Shown here: positions 51,801 through 63,460 of the stretch, in pieces | Numbering within the stretch: the stretch's first letter is position 1 | Layout: every line of letters begins with the position of its first letter | NCBI GenBank assembly: GCA_051294375.1 | Contig: CM119264.1 | Location: 15,969,245 to 16,033,244, forward strand | DNA: 64,000 bases | Reading direction: 5' to 3' | Source: Paraspadella gotoi | Taxonomy: Eukaryota; Animalia; Chaetognatha | Notes under the pieces: model-generated | Databases searched by the model: none | Told to the model about the DNA's origin: nothing | The model's input: only the letters and a program-made list of their open reading frames with translations | Position numbers and translations under genes: made by a program

Positions 51801-52080
51801 GGCGGGAAGCTACTAGAGTCGCGGTACGGGCGTGCATGCGCACATGTTTTTCGACAAGCACGGCGGCGAGAATGAGGCGCCACTCGGCGACAGAATATTC
51901 CGACGAGGCAACGGCGACGACTTGTTCGAGGGTAACCGCGACTCGCGAAACAAGAGACGGGTCCCAATCCTCGGGGTGGTCTTCACAAAGAGACGACTTC
52001 CAGGAGCAATTCCTGGAAGAGGCATCGGTTCGCAAAAAGGCACTCTGAAGATGTAAGAACTCAGATCGACATTCGAACAT
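48823..52080 (-). CDS. GEMIN4: Gem-associated protein 4 (SMN complex), intronless 1085 aa
   Basis: Colinear similarity with recalled human Gemin4 (L.xxFL..D/E...DW, EFEQAATIMLNRL vs GFQEDLNTTFNQL, WLTLIAEPFDVIMRL vs WLQTCSPFPLLFSL) and similar length. Confidence 0.75.
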   Translation of the reverse strand: MFECRSEFLHLQSAFLRTDASSRNCSWKSSLCEDHPEDWDPSLVSRVAVTLEQVVAVASSEYSVAEWRLILAAVLVEKHVRMHARTATLVASRHDGSALEGAVNSISRFPPNFLSELTRSAGTEWVRALAKAVLQLEPALQADVWPSFLVEMESDSDLNSFPRLVSFFHFLAIFQNTLVFGENDDENFLSLIRQLIVMVEADWLSHASTGIVFELLVTLIVCWKEAQLGTPPRSAASLFPLYWIHRDFLKQTQNDLLDLLGQVHGGGDQNLEFQFSFTTANNVIYQTEKMSKKLGKASRFISSKIDEDLAENPPDTMLTYSSTKDIHPMNKNHHWMVSRLLKTTLTRLCNSKFLVSLEEFFRASTPINFGLSETAFIREKEESLVQTVRSAINLIFLTELKTPDIEIFLLKFLKVISVAREEYLFAIKPTKTSIMELLISRSSPKHLRIACMRQVVKDSLWLSEYSEFFCVNCELFALEEGLMKELLATTAIADPAVAQHLKSIFITSFTASSIKQKVRFLFWLQSNVTLVNFLLPTNNEAITEFEQAATIMLNRLVDSSLLKEFQVSLNRILDLCLKDARRTAELLFRQILTSTEKSVAVLQIIDRIPFLVMSVENGESDKKGGVGHVFFDFLRDIFLSFNVSLTEKERFCFKHFIVETLTAFQPRFRHDPSRPFYSTAKRIIMDFLVAFLDPANPSASFSLELLVNLTRKGRAACKWLTLIAEPFDVIMRLLRIVDSSTLHFLPDVYLKTEATRLAASLALSLPTSDDSFAWLTSFILQSFSFSTAAAFIEASTAIEPKCRNAIEASKTLWTSLASPRGTEDWIHLFVAAASLHPSLGCSDKTVTGCLDEVSAITILATLIKTLDKNRCRGIVAFMLDAVEKNWIAPEVNEDSDSPLKFLREYDTQILRPWFIVGRMVTNAWRLLFTLEHAGIHIAAGKSSECSHLIVMNFVQLYSTLIDFINVRSLNEESGFHFSLFIILRIAEFTGRLAAKKLSGFNSADADRDPVFLFFLKLASGARSQVDMVSNRNRNKSGQICHDNKNDTGRLSGAPCSSRLFRKTILIAMRILPFVTQIEVLNRLLE

Positions 52081-52862
52081 GTCTTTATTTTAGCTATAAA
52101 AAAATAAAAGAAATGAGAATGGTAGAAAACGAAAGGCGCGGTTCAAAATCCGGCACATTTTCTGTTTTGAGCGTCAGTTTCGCTCTGCCTACTAAAAATT
52201 GTGCAGTCATTTGAAGAAATACGACACAATATTACTATATTAGGGGGAAACTAACTCAGTAAGGTGGTTAAGAAATTTGAATTAAGCACCTGCTCAAACG
52301 AAAATTTAAACATTTTTTAAAAAAAATTGAATAGATAAATTTTTTTAATATTACTCCATATATTAATTTTTTAATATTTATTTATTTATTTTTTATTTTT
52401 AAGATCAGATTCAGGTAGATTGCAAAAAGTTGTCTACACAAAGTATAATTCTTTTTTGTATATTTTGATCATAAGTGTATGAAAAATATGAAAAACTATT
52501 TATAATCATCATCATCATCATTTTTCGATTATTTTATTACTTTTTCTTAATTTTGACCAAGAAAACCTAAATATTTTTGAAAGTTGTAGTTAAATTTTTT
52601 ATTTAACTTTTTATGCTCTATCAGAATCCATCAAAAAAAGATTGATTAAAAATTTTTTTTATCATGATATATTAATATTGTAATTTTAATAGCAACAATA
52701 AAAGCATTAAAATCGAACACTTTTTAAAAATTCTTTTTTTACCTAAAAGTAGACTTCAAGACTAAAGTTTTGAACCCCCGCCCCTATTGATTTTTAACTA
52801 TATATAATCAAAACAATAATAATTTTCGTATCCTAAATAAAGCATTTTATAAATAAGTATTT

Positions 52863-53234
52863 TCACTTGTCGCCGCACGGTACAAATTTTTTCGATTTGG
52901 ACGCTTTCTTCTTTCTTTTTTTAGCCAAGTAGGCATCCAACTTTCCCGAACGTTTGAGAGTTTTAAACTTTTCGGCTAACTCGATTTTCTTTTTCTCGGA
53001 GTTCTTGAGGTAATAACGTTTTTTACCCTCAGCGACTTTATCGACTTCAATTTTTTTTATTTCCCGCAATTTGACCGATACTTTCTTCTGCGTCTTTGTC
53101 AGTTTTCCGTTTGATTCCAGATTGGCCAACATGTTTTCTGCTGTCTTCACTCTCTCCTCGTCCTTCTCAAGCTTCACAAAACGCTTTAGGTTTTGCGCGT
53201 CCTCGCCTCGAACTTCTTCTAAAAATGCGTAGCC
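52863..53234 (-). CDS. RRP36: rRNA processing protein 36, last exon
   Basis: GYAFL..., GKKRYYLKNSE.KK...KF..LK.SGKLD.YL.KKRKK.ASK motif. Confidence 0.9.
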   Translation of the reverse strand, partial: GYAFLEEVRGEDAQNLKRFVKLEKDEERVKTAENMLANLESNGKLTKTQKKVSVKLREIKKIEVDKVAEGKKRYYLKNSEKKKIELAEKFKTLKRSGKLDAYLAKKRKKKASKSKKFVPCGDK

Positions 53235-53301
53235 CTTAAAATAAAAAAAAAAGTTAATTTAATCATAAATCATCAGCTCAGTTATTCTTTATTTTTGATA
53301 C

Positions 53302-53505
53302 CTTAGCGAACAATTCTTGGTCGAACTTTCCACTGAGTTCATCGAATCGCGGATCTCGTGGCTGAGGCGTTGGAACACATCTCTTTGAAGTGAGGCCAGA
53401 AAGTGGCTTCGATTTTGACGAGATCTCGATCGGGGCCAAGTTTGGGGAAGACTTTTGCCACTTCTTAGTCTTTGAATTTCTTTCACTATTAAAACAATTT
53501 GACAT
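53302..53505 (-). CDS. RRP36: RRP36 upstream coding exon (start uncertain)
   Basis: PIEISSK..P...RDPRFDELSGKFD; 67-nt GT-AG intron at 53235-53301. Confidence 0.85.
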
Positions 53506-54870
53506 TTAACAATTTGGAGCAAACACTGCCGGATCTGCACGCGGTAAACAGCGAATCATAAGATATGCCGGATCTGCTTACAGCAGATTCCGACTCTATA
53601 TAGTATAATGCACTTTGACGGTCCCTCTGTCCGCCCCCACATTCATGTCGGTAAGTCTCTTAAATCGTGTCAGAACATCGAATTATGATTAATCAATAAT
53701 CATGAGTGAATAGGGCGATTGACTTGAAATTTTGTATGTGGGTAGGTATTAGGAAAGTGTGATTGAGCTGGAAATTAAGTTTGGATTAATTCGTTTAAGT
53801 GGAAATAAGTTTAAATTAAAAAAAATTTTTTTTAAATAATTGATTATGCTTTTTTTACATTCAATATAAATGCAAATAATCAATTAAATAATTTATCAAT
53901 TTATTAAGACCGACACACGTCTGATTTTGTTATTAACAAGGAACGGTTATTCCAAGGTGTTGTGCCGCATTACTTTTCTCTTATCTTTTCTTTAAAAACA
54001 AAAGGGGGCGCCAGTAGTAGCTTCGATTTGTTTTTTAACAAATGAGCAACAAATTATAGGCAAGTTATAAGCGTTTTTAATGTAAGTGGGACAAGACCGA
54101 CGGATAGACCGACCGACCGAAAAGTGACTTATAGAGTTGCTTCGTGAGTATTCGCGGCGCAACTAAAAACTTCGTTGTGAAAACAAAGACAACTTTTCTT
54201 ATCTCAAATCAATTTATTAATAAATGAATTAATCAGCCCATAATCCATTAATCAATCAATCAATTAATTATTATTAATAATTAAATTAATAATAATAATT
54301 AAATATTAAATCAATCAATTAATCGTCATCTTCATCTTTGTTGCTTTTTCGTGGTCAGTGACGAAAAGAGCTAAAAACTAACAAGTTTGAACTAACAATC
54401 CCAGATCTAAATAATTATTTAATTATTACTGCTAATTAATTATTAATCGAGGGAAGACCAGGGATTGTTTGCTCAAACAATAATTAATACAATTTAACAT
54501 CAATATTTATAATTTAAGTGGTAGTTTTGATTTTGGTGATAATGCAAGTTATGGTCGTTTTGGTAGTTATGGAAGTAGTTATAGTTATAATGATTGTTAT
54601 AAATATAATTGTAGTAATTGTTATTGCAACATGCTATTTCATTGAAAAATAAATAAAATAAGCATAATTCATGTTTTTTCCATTGACACTCATTTGTACG
54701 TGGATGATTTCATTGAAACTTAATTTCCAACTTAATCACATACTTTTCATTAAGCGCCCGATGCACACATGAGCAATTAAAGTTCAAAGCAAAATTATCA
54801 TAATTTAATGTTTTGAGATCATGTAAATGATTTACTGACATGATTGGGGGCGGACCGATAAAATGAATTA

Positions 54871-56347
54871 CAGAAGACTTCATATTATAAAATGAGGTAC
54901 CCCTTTTTTGTGACCAGAACACGTTCCGAGAAAACTACTGGACCAAATTTATCGAAATTTGGAATGAACGATCCCGATGTGAATACAAATAGTCAAATAT
55001 TTTTTTCAATTTTTTCAATTATTTTTGTTTTGAACAGTTGCACAGACGTTTACTCTTCCACAAAAACGTATTTATTACCTCAAAAATGTTAGTTTACCTT
55101 AATTTTCATCTTCATGAACATCAGATTTTGAATAATTTGGGAAAATTAGAAGTACATGGTGACAATTTTACAAGCGCCGGTAAAAATACGCTGTCATTTG
55201 CAAACCAGTGGTTATTTCATTGCTTTTAAAAATTAGTTGAGAAGAAAATATTAAAGCCATTTATGTGTTTAAATTTTATATTGATCAGTTAAGATATGCC
55301 TTAACAATGAGTGGAGAAAGTTGGCTTGTAAAATCGGGTTTCATTTTCCAACTCATTATTTTTAAATTCAATTTTTTTTTACTTTTAGCACTTTTTTAAA
55401 CAAAGTATTTATTAAAATATTAACATCTTCAGAAAGCCCTTAAAAAAATGAAGAGAATGATATACTTACGAAAGCTCTAACATAAAAATTAAGCTGCCCA
55501 GCCTTGGTTCAATTAAGAGAATCAAAAGTTAATTATCTAAAATTTTAAATTTTTAAAAAATATATATGACCTGTTTAAATTATTATAACATAAAATATTA
55601 TTATTTATATAAGTATATATATATATATAAAAAGAGATTTAAGATAGCCAATCACAATTTGATAAAAATCTTAAATTTACCCTCCAGCTATTGACTTGTA
55701 GAAAGATATCTTGTTTTTGAGTATCCTAATTAAATTAAAGCTGGGCCGGTTAAATTTTATACTACAGTATTTGTAAGCATGTCATTCTTTTAAGATTTCT
55801 TCAGAAAACTTACTGAAAGTAAGAGAAAAAAATTAAATCTAAAAAAGTGAGTTGGAAAATGAAATCTGATTTTACAAGCCAACTTTCTCCACTCATTGTC
55901 AAGGCATATCTTAACTGATCAATTTAAAATTTGAACACAAATGACTTTAATATTTTTTATCAATTTTTAAAATCAATGAAATAACCACTGGTTTGCAAAT
56001 GACAGCGTTTTTTTACAGGCGCTTGTAAAATTGTCACCATGTAAAACGATAAACCATGCATGTTCAAACAATGCTTAATTATTAAAAATTTATTAATTTT
56101 AGTTCTAAAATGCTTTTTTTTACATGTTTAAGACGTCAATGCACCTGTTGCTACTAAAAATATTAAAATATGAAAAAACAAAATTTAGCCTTTTTTGGCC
56201 CCCCAGGGGTTCAGCCTCGACAGTTCCATTTATATTGTCATGAGGACTGTATATGTAAAATTTCATAAAATTCGATCGGGCAGTTTGGTGGGAACAGATT
56301 CTGGTCACAAAAAAGGGGTACCTCATTTTATAATATGAAGCCTTCTG
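54871..56347. mobile_element. Tc1/mariner-type MITE inserted in a HINE
   Basis: ~48-bp TIR CAGAAG.CTTCATATTATAAAATGAGGTACCCC, TA TSD. Confidence 0.85.
55155..56041. mobile_element. Nested TIR element with ~200-bp arms
   Basis: ta|CATGGTGACAATTTTACAAGCGCC ... GGCGCTTGTAAAATTGTCACCATG|ta. Confidence 0.85.
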
Positions 56348-57795
56348 TATAGAGCCGGAATCAGCTGTAAGCAGATCCGGCTAAAAACAGAAATATCAAT
56401 TTATTCCGATGATACCAAATGATTGATGCGATGATAGTCATTCACTTTAAGCACAAAATAAAACTAGGCTTTTAAAAGTTACTTCATTATTATTACTTTC
56501 AAGTCTACAGATTTTGGCCTTATTTTCCCAGAACGCCCAATTTCATCCGAAATTTAAAATTAAATTAATTTTATTAATTAAAAATAAATTTAGAGGTTAG
56601 GATAGATTAATAATTAAAGTTTAGGATTAGGCTAGTTAGGGATGAGGGTTAAGGATTGGGTTGTAAGTTTAAAAACATATTTAAATTAAATATTAAGGTT
56701 AAAATTAAATTCCGGGATAAAGCAACAGAAATGAGACGCTTTGGGAAAAGAGCATGAATTTGAAAGTTCATCATGAGAGAAAAAAAAGAGAGAGAGAGAG
56801 GGGGGAAATGCGTAAGACCAGATGATTAAAAACAGGAAAAGTTTAGCCTAGGACGGCGAAACGGAAAAAATCGCTCAGCTAATAAATTAAATATATGCAA
56901 ATGAATTAAATGAACTTAGCGAGTTAGCAACTTTTATAATAATTTCACCAGGCTTTTAGTCCATTAAAGGCGACGCCGCCAAGGGATTACGTCCCAAACT
57001 TACCAGTTTTTTGAATTTGGCTCCGACTTGTAACAAGTTTCATAGTTCTTAAACGCGTCGGCGAGTTTTTTATTAAAATTTTTAACACCAATTTTCTGTT
57101 CTAATTCTTTAATCTCTTTAAAAGAAAGAGAAAACATTTTGCAAAGTTCAAATTTTCTTAAATCTGAAAAAAAAAATTAAATGATTCTTAATTAATCCAG
57201 GTTTTATTGACAACAGAACCAAGCAGTTAATGATCAAAAGTTTGTTTTTTTCACCATCTTTTAAATTTTCTTTCTCCGACTCAAATCATTTTTGATTAGT
57301 GATTATTAACCGAATTACGGCTTGAAATATTTGGTGATGCTAAATATTATGCTTTTTTATTATTAAAAAGCAAAGCTCACGAAGAAAATTTTGTTCAACT
57401 GGATGAGATGCGTCGCTTCGAGGGTTTTTCAGTCAAGAACAATGAGCACTAAAAAGCAGTCGAAAAAATACAATGAAACCAAAAAGAAACGACAGAAATT
57501 TTAACGGCGTTAAGGAGAGAGGAGCAAGAAAACAACGTAAAAACCCTTTCTGCAATTTTTGGGAATGAGGTAGCAGTCATGTAGTAGTAGTAGTCATGTG
57601 GGCAGCGGACAGTACTTCCAAACCTTGCATAAAAAGTCCATTAAGAAAAATTAAAAGTAACAATAAAGCGCTGCAGTTATAATTAAAAACCCAGAAACAA
57701 ACTCTTGCCACCCACCTGATGACATCAGCGCAACCCCGGTGGCGTAAGAGCGAGAATTTTCTCTTCCCTCCAAAGGGCCTTAGGTTCGCGAATTC

Positions 57796-57874
57796 TTGCA
57801 AGTAAGCCGGACGGGACGTCTAACCCACCTTTAGTGGCCGACTACAGGCAGATACAAAGTTCTGAAGTCAGCAA
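57796..57874 (+). ncRNA. Degenerate twister-like motif, family C, behind a decayed tRNA-like head
   Basis: AA GCCG GA CGG GACGTC TAA CCC AC CTTTAGT-loop-ACTACAG gCAGA T ACA AA GT TCTG; T1 is broken, T2 is AC/GT. Confidence 0.55.
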
Positions 57875-58022
57875 ATAACAGGCGGTAATTTGTACTCCCT
57901 GCGTGGTACTAAACATTTTCGAAAAAACTAATTTGAACACAATTAAATAACACAACAGATTTGTTTACAGGTATTCCCATTAATTTTAACGAATTTATTT
58001 AATCAGCTGGCAATATTTCCAT

Positions 58023-59606
58023 TAGGGTTTCGATAACCGTTAACTGTTTAACTGTTAACTTATTAACGGTTAAAAATAATTTTAACCTAACCGTTAATAT
58101 ATTTATTTTAAAGATTAAACTCGGTTAATTTTTAAATATGATTTTTTTTATTTTTTGGTAAAAAATCAAAGATTTTTTTTCATTTTTTGGTATAAAATCT
58201 TTGATTTTTTTAAAAGAAAAGTATTTTTTCCTGTTCTCTCTTATTCTCCTCTTTTATCACCATATTTTTTCACCTCTCTCTCTTCACCATTTTTTCCCTG
58301 TTTTTTTCTTTTGTTATTTTCAACCCTTTTAATCTTTTTTCAGTCAGTATTACTAAAAATAAAAAAAGTTATAAAATTATTATAATTGAGAATGATACAA
58401 CTGACCAGTAGCTATTAAAAGCATCATGAACAATTAATTAAAAATTATGTTTATTATGCTAAAAAAAATTCAAAGTTATAAATTTTTTTATATATTTAAT
58501 TATTTAAATTATTTATTTTCTATATCAAAACATAATCATAATAAACTTACTATATATGTATTTGAAGGCCTATATTAGGTAGGTAAGTCCCTTATAATAT
58601 AAAATTTTTTCTTCAATCATTTGGCATAGTTATAATTTTTTTAAATTTAAATTATCTGAAAAAAAATTAAAATAATATTTTAATAAAGAAAAATTAATTA
58701 CAAATAAACTATTAAAGATAGAATAATGGTTATGGACTCAAACGAAAGAAAATTGTTCATAGATTATGGATGATGCATGATATTTTCATTTTTTTTAAAA
58801 TTTAAACCATTTTTTAATTTTTTTTATTCTACTTTATTGATTTTATATAGCTAATTTTAATATTAATTAATTAATTTATAAAAAAACTGTCATTAGGAAA
58901 AATTTGATTACCCTTTTTTTGTGTAGCCCAAAGGTCGGAAACGTATCCCGGGACATCTCATTCTTGTGCACTCCATGCCAATTAAATCGATGTAAAAAGG
59001 AACCGTTTTGTGGGTTTTCTTTCTTTGTCTTTTTGTATATTTTTATTATGCTATGAGGCAAAAGAAAAAGTTTTGTATGTAAGATTTATCACGATGAATT
59101 ATGGTAGATTAGGTAGATTCAAGATCCCGACTCTATAATTCACTTTGTCGGTCCGTCGGTCCGCCCCCTCAATCTTTTAGGGCATTTATTTACATTATGT
59201 TAAAACATTGAATTATGATAAATTATGCAAAAACAACTTTGAGCAAACAATGTCGGATCTGCTCACAATCATTAGCGGTAATTAATTAATTAATACAAAC
59301 TATATAAACTAAAACCAATTTAATTAATAAATTAATTAATTTGATCCAAAATGTTTGTTTTTAAATCTTTTCGTCACTGACCACGACAAAAGCAACGACG
59401 ATGATGGCGATGACAATAATGCCGATAAAGATTGACTTGATTAAATAATTAATTAATTTATAAATGAATTGATTGATTGAATAATGAATTAATAGATAAC
59501 TAAATAAATTGATTGATTGAATAATTTATTGATTAATTGACCGATTAATTAACTTTTTATTAATTGATTAATAATTTCTCGAAAATTAACGGTTAACGGA
59601 ACCCTA
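58023..59606. mobile_element. hAT-type non-autonomous element
   Basis: TAGGGTTTCGATAACCGTTAA / TTAACGGTTAACGGAACCCTA, TSD ATTTCCAT/ATTTCGAT. Confidence 0.75.
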
Positions 59607-60354
59607 ATTTCGATATCTTGCTGGAGTACGACGTTTATTTTTTGTTTATTAATTAGAGCTTCGTCCGTGGAGAAGAATACTTTTTACTCGAACTACTTAT
59701 TACTGAACATTGTTCAATAAAACGTAGTATAAAGTCTAAATTTACCTTAAATTAAAATTCTAAAAGAGGGGATTTTAGAATTTTTTGCAGATTTGGATTT
59801 GTCATAAAATCGTAAAAACCTCTATTTTAAGCTGAAAATAAAATTTTTAGTTGGATCTGCTTATCAGCAGATTCCGACTCTATAATTCACTTTGTCGATC
59901 CGTCGGTCCCACCCCTAAATCTTGTTGGTAAATCATTTTTATCACATCAGAACATCATATTATGCTAAATTAAGCAAAAAAAAAAAAAACGATGTCCGTC
60001 CGTCTGTCTGAAGGTCCGTCCCACCTTTTCATTTAACTCCAATTACTCTGATGGATGGATTGAAATAAAATTTTTTGTGTGGTTAGGAACGTGTATGGTT
60101 GAACTGGATATAAAGTTTCGATTGAATCGTGCGAGTGGAAATGAGTTTAAATGGAAAAAACATGTCACTTTTCTTTGAGTCTTTTTAATAATTTTAACCC
60201 ATAATTAATTGAATTAATCATAATTGGATGGATAGATCCCAGATTAAATTTTATGGGTGGGTAGGAAAGTGTGTGATTGAGCAGGATATAAAGTTTTGAT
60301 GGAATCGAGCAGTGGAAATGAGTTTGCATGGAAAAAACCCAAGTTAAGTTGACT

Positions 60355-60687
60355 TGTAGCCTGAATCAAATTCAATATAAAATTAATGAAAATAGAGTCA
60401 TCATCGGGATTCGAACCCGATGTTCCCTGGCCATGATAATTTGATCATGACCACTCGGCCATCATACACTTTTACTTATTTAATGTTAACATCTCAATAA
60501 TAATTATCAGGATCACATATTACTTTATCAGGCGCCTGCTTTAACCGTTACATATAGATCAAGCAGACTATAATTTGAACTATGAAAGATGGCGACATCT
60601 TGTGATGCTAAGTTGATGTCCGTGACTGCAATGTATTGTTGTATCACTTTCACTTTTCTCTGAATAATAAAAAGTCCGTTTCCTACA
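60355..60687 (+). repeat. 5' LTR with antisense tRNA-like segment
   Basis: TGTAG...CTACA, AATAAA near the 3' end, followed by PBS-like TGGTGAACCC (60690); minus-strand A box TGGCCGAGTGG and B box GGTTCGAATCC. Confidence 0.8.
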
Positions 60688-61218
60688 ACTGGTGAACCCT
60701 TCCTATACGAAATTAAAGCCAACCTTCTGATAAAAAACAAGCCTTAGAAAATGCAATCCAACAAAGATTAGCCTTGAAACAGAACTCATGTCTGTCTGTC
60801 TAGCTCTCTCTTGATGCCCTCAAAAGTCGTATGAATCAAAACAAACAAAATAAGTGCATCGCCAACACAGCTGACGGTCCACGGGAGGCGCCCATCAATG
60901 GAAATTCATTCTCCCTCAGGTAGGCAAGACGAGAACCGAATATTAGGCGCCTCTTGCCTTCTCTCACACTCTTTTCTCTCCCACCCCCACTCTCCCTCAA
61001 CTCCCCAACCTCGGACGACGCCGGATGAGTGGAACTGACCGACAACTCCGCAGCCACGTATAAACTCCTTCCTTTTTGGCGAGGCTACCAACGAGCGTTG
61101 GAATCAGTTTACCAACTACCTGAAGGCCGAATACGGCCGCACGAGGTCGCAGCAAGCTGCCTCATTAATTGACGGTATCCGTCGTGAAGGACGTCGCCCT
61201 TCACAACTCCTCGCGATC

Positions 61219-61710
61219 ATGAAGGAGAAGGCAGGCGACGTAAGCGTCGACGACATTCTCAAAGAGTTGTTAATACGCGAATTACCAATTGAAGTGCAAC
61301 GTAACCTGGCTGAGCGAGTAGAGAAAGTCGATGCTGAAGCAGCAGCACAACTAGCGGATTCGTATTTCGACAAGGATGGACAGACCCTTCATGTCTCCAA
61401 CACCTCGTCGACTATCAACGCCGCTGTCCCACCGCTGATGCCCGAAGATGCCGCAGAGGAAGGCGACTCCATCAATGCCATCAATCGTCCACGCCAACAA
61501 CCTTTCCGCCGCAGCAACCCGTCGACTCGATTTCCCAACAGGAGGTTCTCCGCCAACAAGGCAAACCCTCCACGCTCGTCAAATGCAGCAAAAACTACCT
61601 CCGTGGAGGTTTGTTTCTATCACAAAACCTTCGGCGATGCCGCAAGGCAATGTGAACCGGGCTGCTACAAAAACAAGGCGGAAAACTTCAGGGCCGGAGG
61701 ACGGAGGTGA
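61219..61710 (+). CDS. Gypsy gag, C-terminal part
   Basis: RRPSQLL..MK, AAQLADSY, VCFYHKTFGDAARQCEPGC. Confidence 0.85.
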   Translation: MKEKAGDVSVDDILKELLIRELPIEVQRNLAERVEKVDAEAAAQLADSYFDKDGQTLHVSNTSSTINAAVPPLMPEDAAEEGDSINAINRPRQQPFRRSNPSTRFPNRRFSANKANPPRSSNAAKTTSVEVCFYHKTFGDAARQCEPGCYKNKAENFRAGGRR

Positions 61711-63460
61711 ACGCCGTCGCTCCCGGCCAAAATCTCAAAGACCAAGGAAACCTTCTCTTCGTTCACGATGCTGTAAACAATTGCAACTGGCTCATCGATG
61801 GTGGAGCCTTAGTCTTGATAGTTCCACCGAGGACGATAGAAAACAAGGAGAAACCCCAACCAAATTGCAAGCTGCAAATGGCACCCTAATACCCTGTTAT
61901 GGATATAGAGATGTGCAAGTCCATCTCGACGGGAGAAAATTTCCATACAGGCTTACCATTGCAGACGTGTCCCAACCCACTCGGATCAGATTTTTTGGCC
62001 GAAAACTACCTTGCTCCCAACCATCGCGATGGTTTTTTACTTGACTTGCAGGATTATTCGATTTTGAGAGCACAACACTCACCTGTAGAAGAAACAATCA
62101 GAGTAAACTTTGTAGATCAATTAGACGACCCTTACTACAAGCTGCTGGACAACTATCCAGACCTCTGTACACCCTCCTTCAAACCCAAGGAACCAAAGCA
62201 CGGGGTTCGACACTACATCCCCACAGGTCGACCCGTCCAATCCCAAGCCCGCAGACTCGCCCCAGACAAACTCAAGGTAGCGAAGGCCGAGCTCAAAAAG
62301 CTCTGCAATTGGGCATTGCCAAGCGCGCCAAAAGCGAGTGGGCCTCACCGTTGCTGGTAGTCAGTAAACACGACGGCGGCTATCGAGTCTATGGTGACTA
62401 TCGACGGCTAAATAACATCACAACTGACGATAAGTATCCCGTCAAAACATTGAACAACTTCAATGCAAATCTAGCCGGTAAAAAAGTGTTCAGTAAGATA
62501 GACTTACTAAAAGGCTACCATCAAATTCCAGTGGCCGAAGAACATGTCAAAAAAACTGGAGTCATTGCCCCTTCGGCCTTTTTGTCTTTCCCCGCACCCG
62601 CTTTGGGTTAAAAAATGCGGGGCAAGATTTCCAAAGACTCATGAATGAAATCTTGGCCGACATACCTCACGTATTCGTCTATATAGACGATATCTTAGTA
62701 GCCTCAGCAAACCACATCGAACATGAGCAACATCTCAAAGAGGTCTTCGAGATCTTAAACCAGAATGGCCTTGTAATAAACCGGAAAAAATGCGTTTTCG
62801 GTAAATCGTCCCTCGAATTCTTGGGCTATCACGTGGATCAAAATGGAATCGCACCTTTACCAACTCGTATCGAGGCAATCCAGAAAACAACGCCGCCCAC
62901 CTCGAGCAAGGAGCTCCAGAGGTTCCTGGGCATGATCAACTATTACAGGCGATTCTTACCCAGGTCGCCCAGCACATGTACCTATTGTTTGAGGCCCTCA
63001 AGAGTAAGCCCAAGATCCTCAAGTGGGACGAGCCATGCCAAGCTGCATTCGAATCCACAAAGGAAGCTTTGTCCAAAGCCGTCATGCTCCACCACCCTCG
63101 AGCAAATGCTCAACTCGCCGTAACAGCCGACGCCTCCAACACAGCGATAGGCGCCATACTCGAGCAGCGAGGCCCAACTGGGTGGGAGCCTTTATCCTTC
63201 TTCTCAGCGAAGCTTCATGCCAACCAGCAGCAGTGGCCTCCTTTCGACAGGGAATTGCTGGCGGCCTTCCGCGCGATTCAACACTTTCGACCGATGATTG
63301 AAGGCCGCAGTTTCACCCTGTATACCGACCACAAATCTCTCGTCCCCGCTCTTGCTAAAAAATCTGAACCACACACTGTCAAACCTATCAGTTGGCGGGC
63401 ATAGCGGAATTCACTACCGATATCTGGCCGGTAAAGCAAACGTGGTCGCCGACGCACTGT
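61707..63460 (+). pseudogene. Frameshifted pol (protease-RT-RNase H)
   Basis: Fragments across frames: WLIDGGA, WASPL, GDYRRLN, KIDLLKGYHQIP, YIDDILV, FLGMINYYRRF, ADASN, FDRELLA, YTDHK. Confidence 0.9.

Noticed and set aside
49361-52056. Plus-strand and alternative-frame ORFs up to 229 aa
   Set aside because: Shadows of the Gemin4 ORF with no recognisable motifs
57815-57830. CTAACCC as a telomerase RNA template
   Set aside because: Too short and explained as the TAA-P2 segment of the twister-like fold
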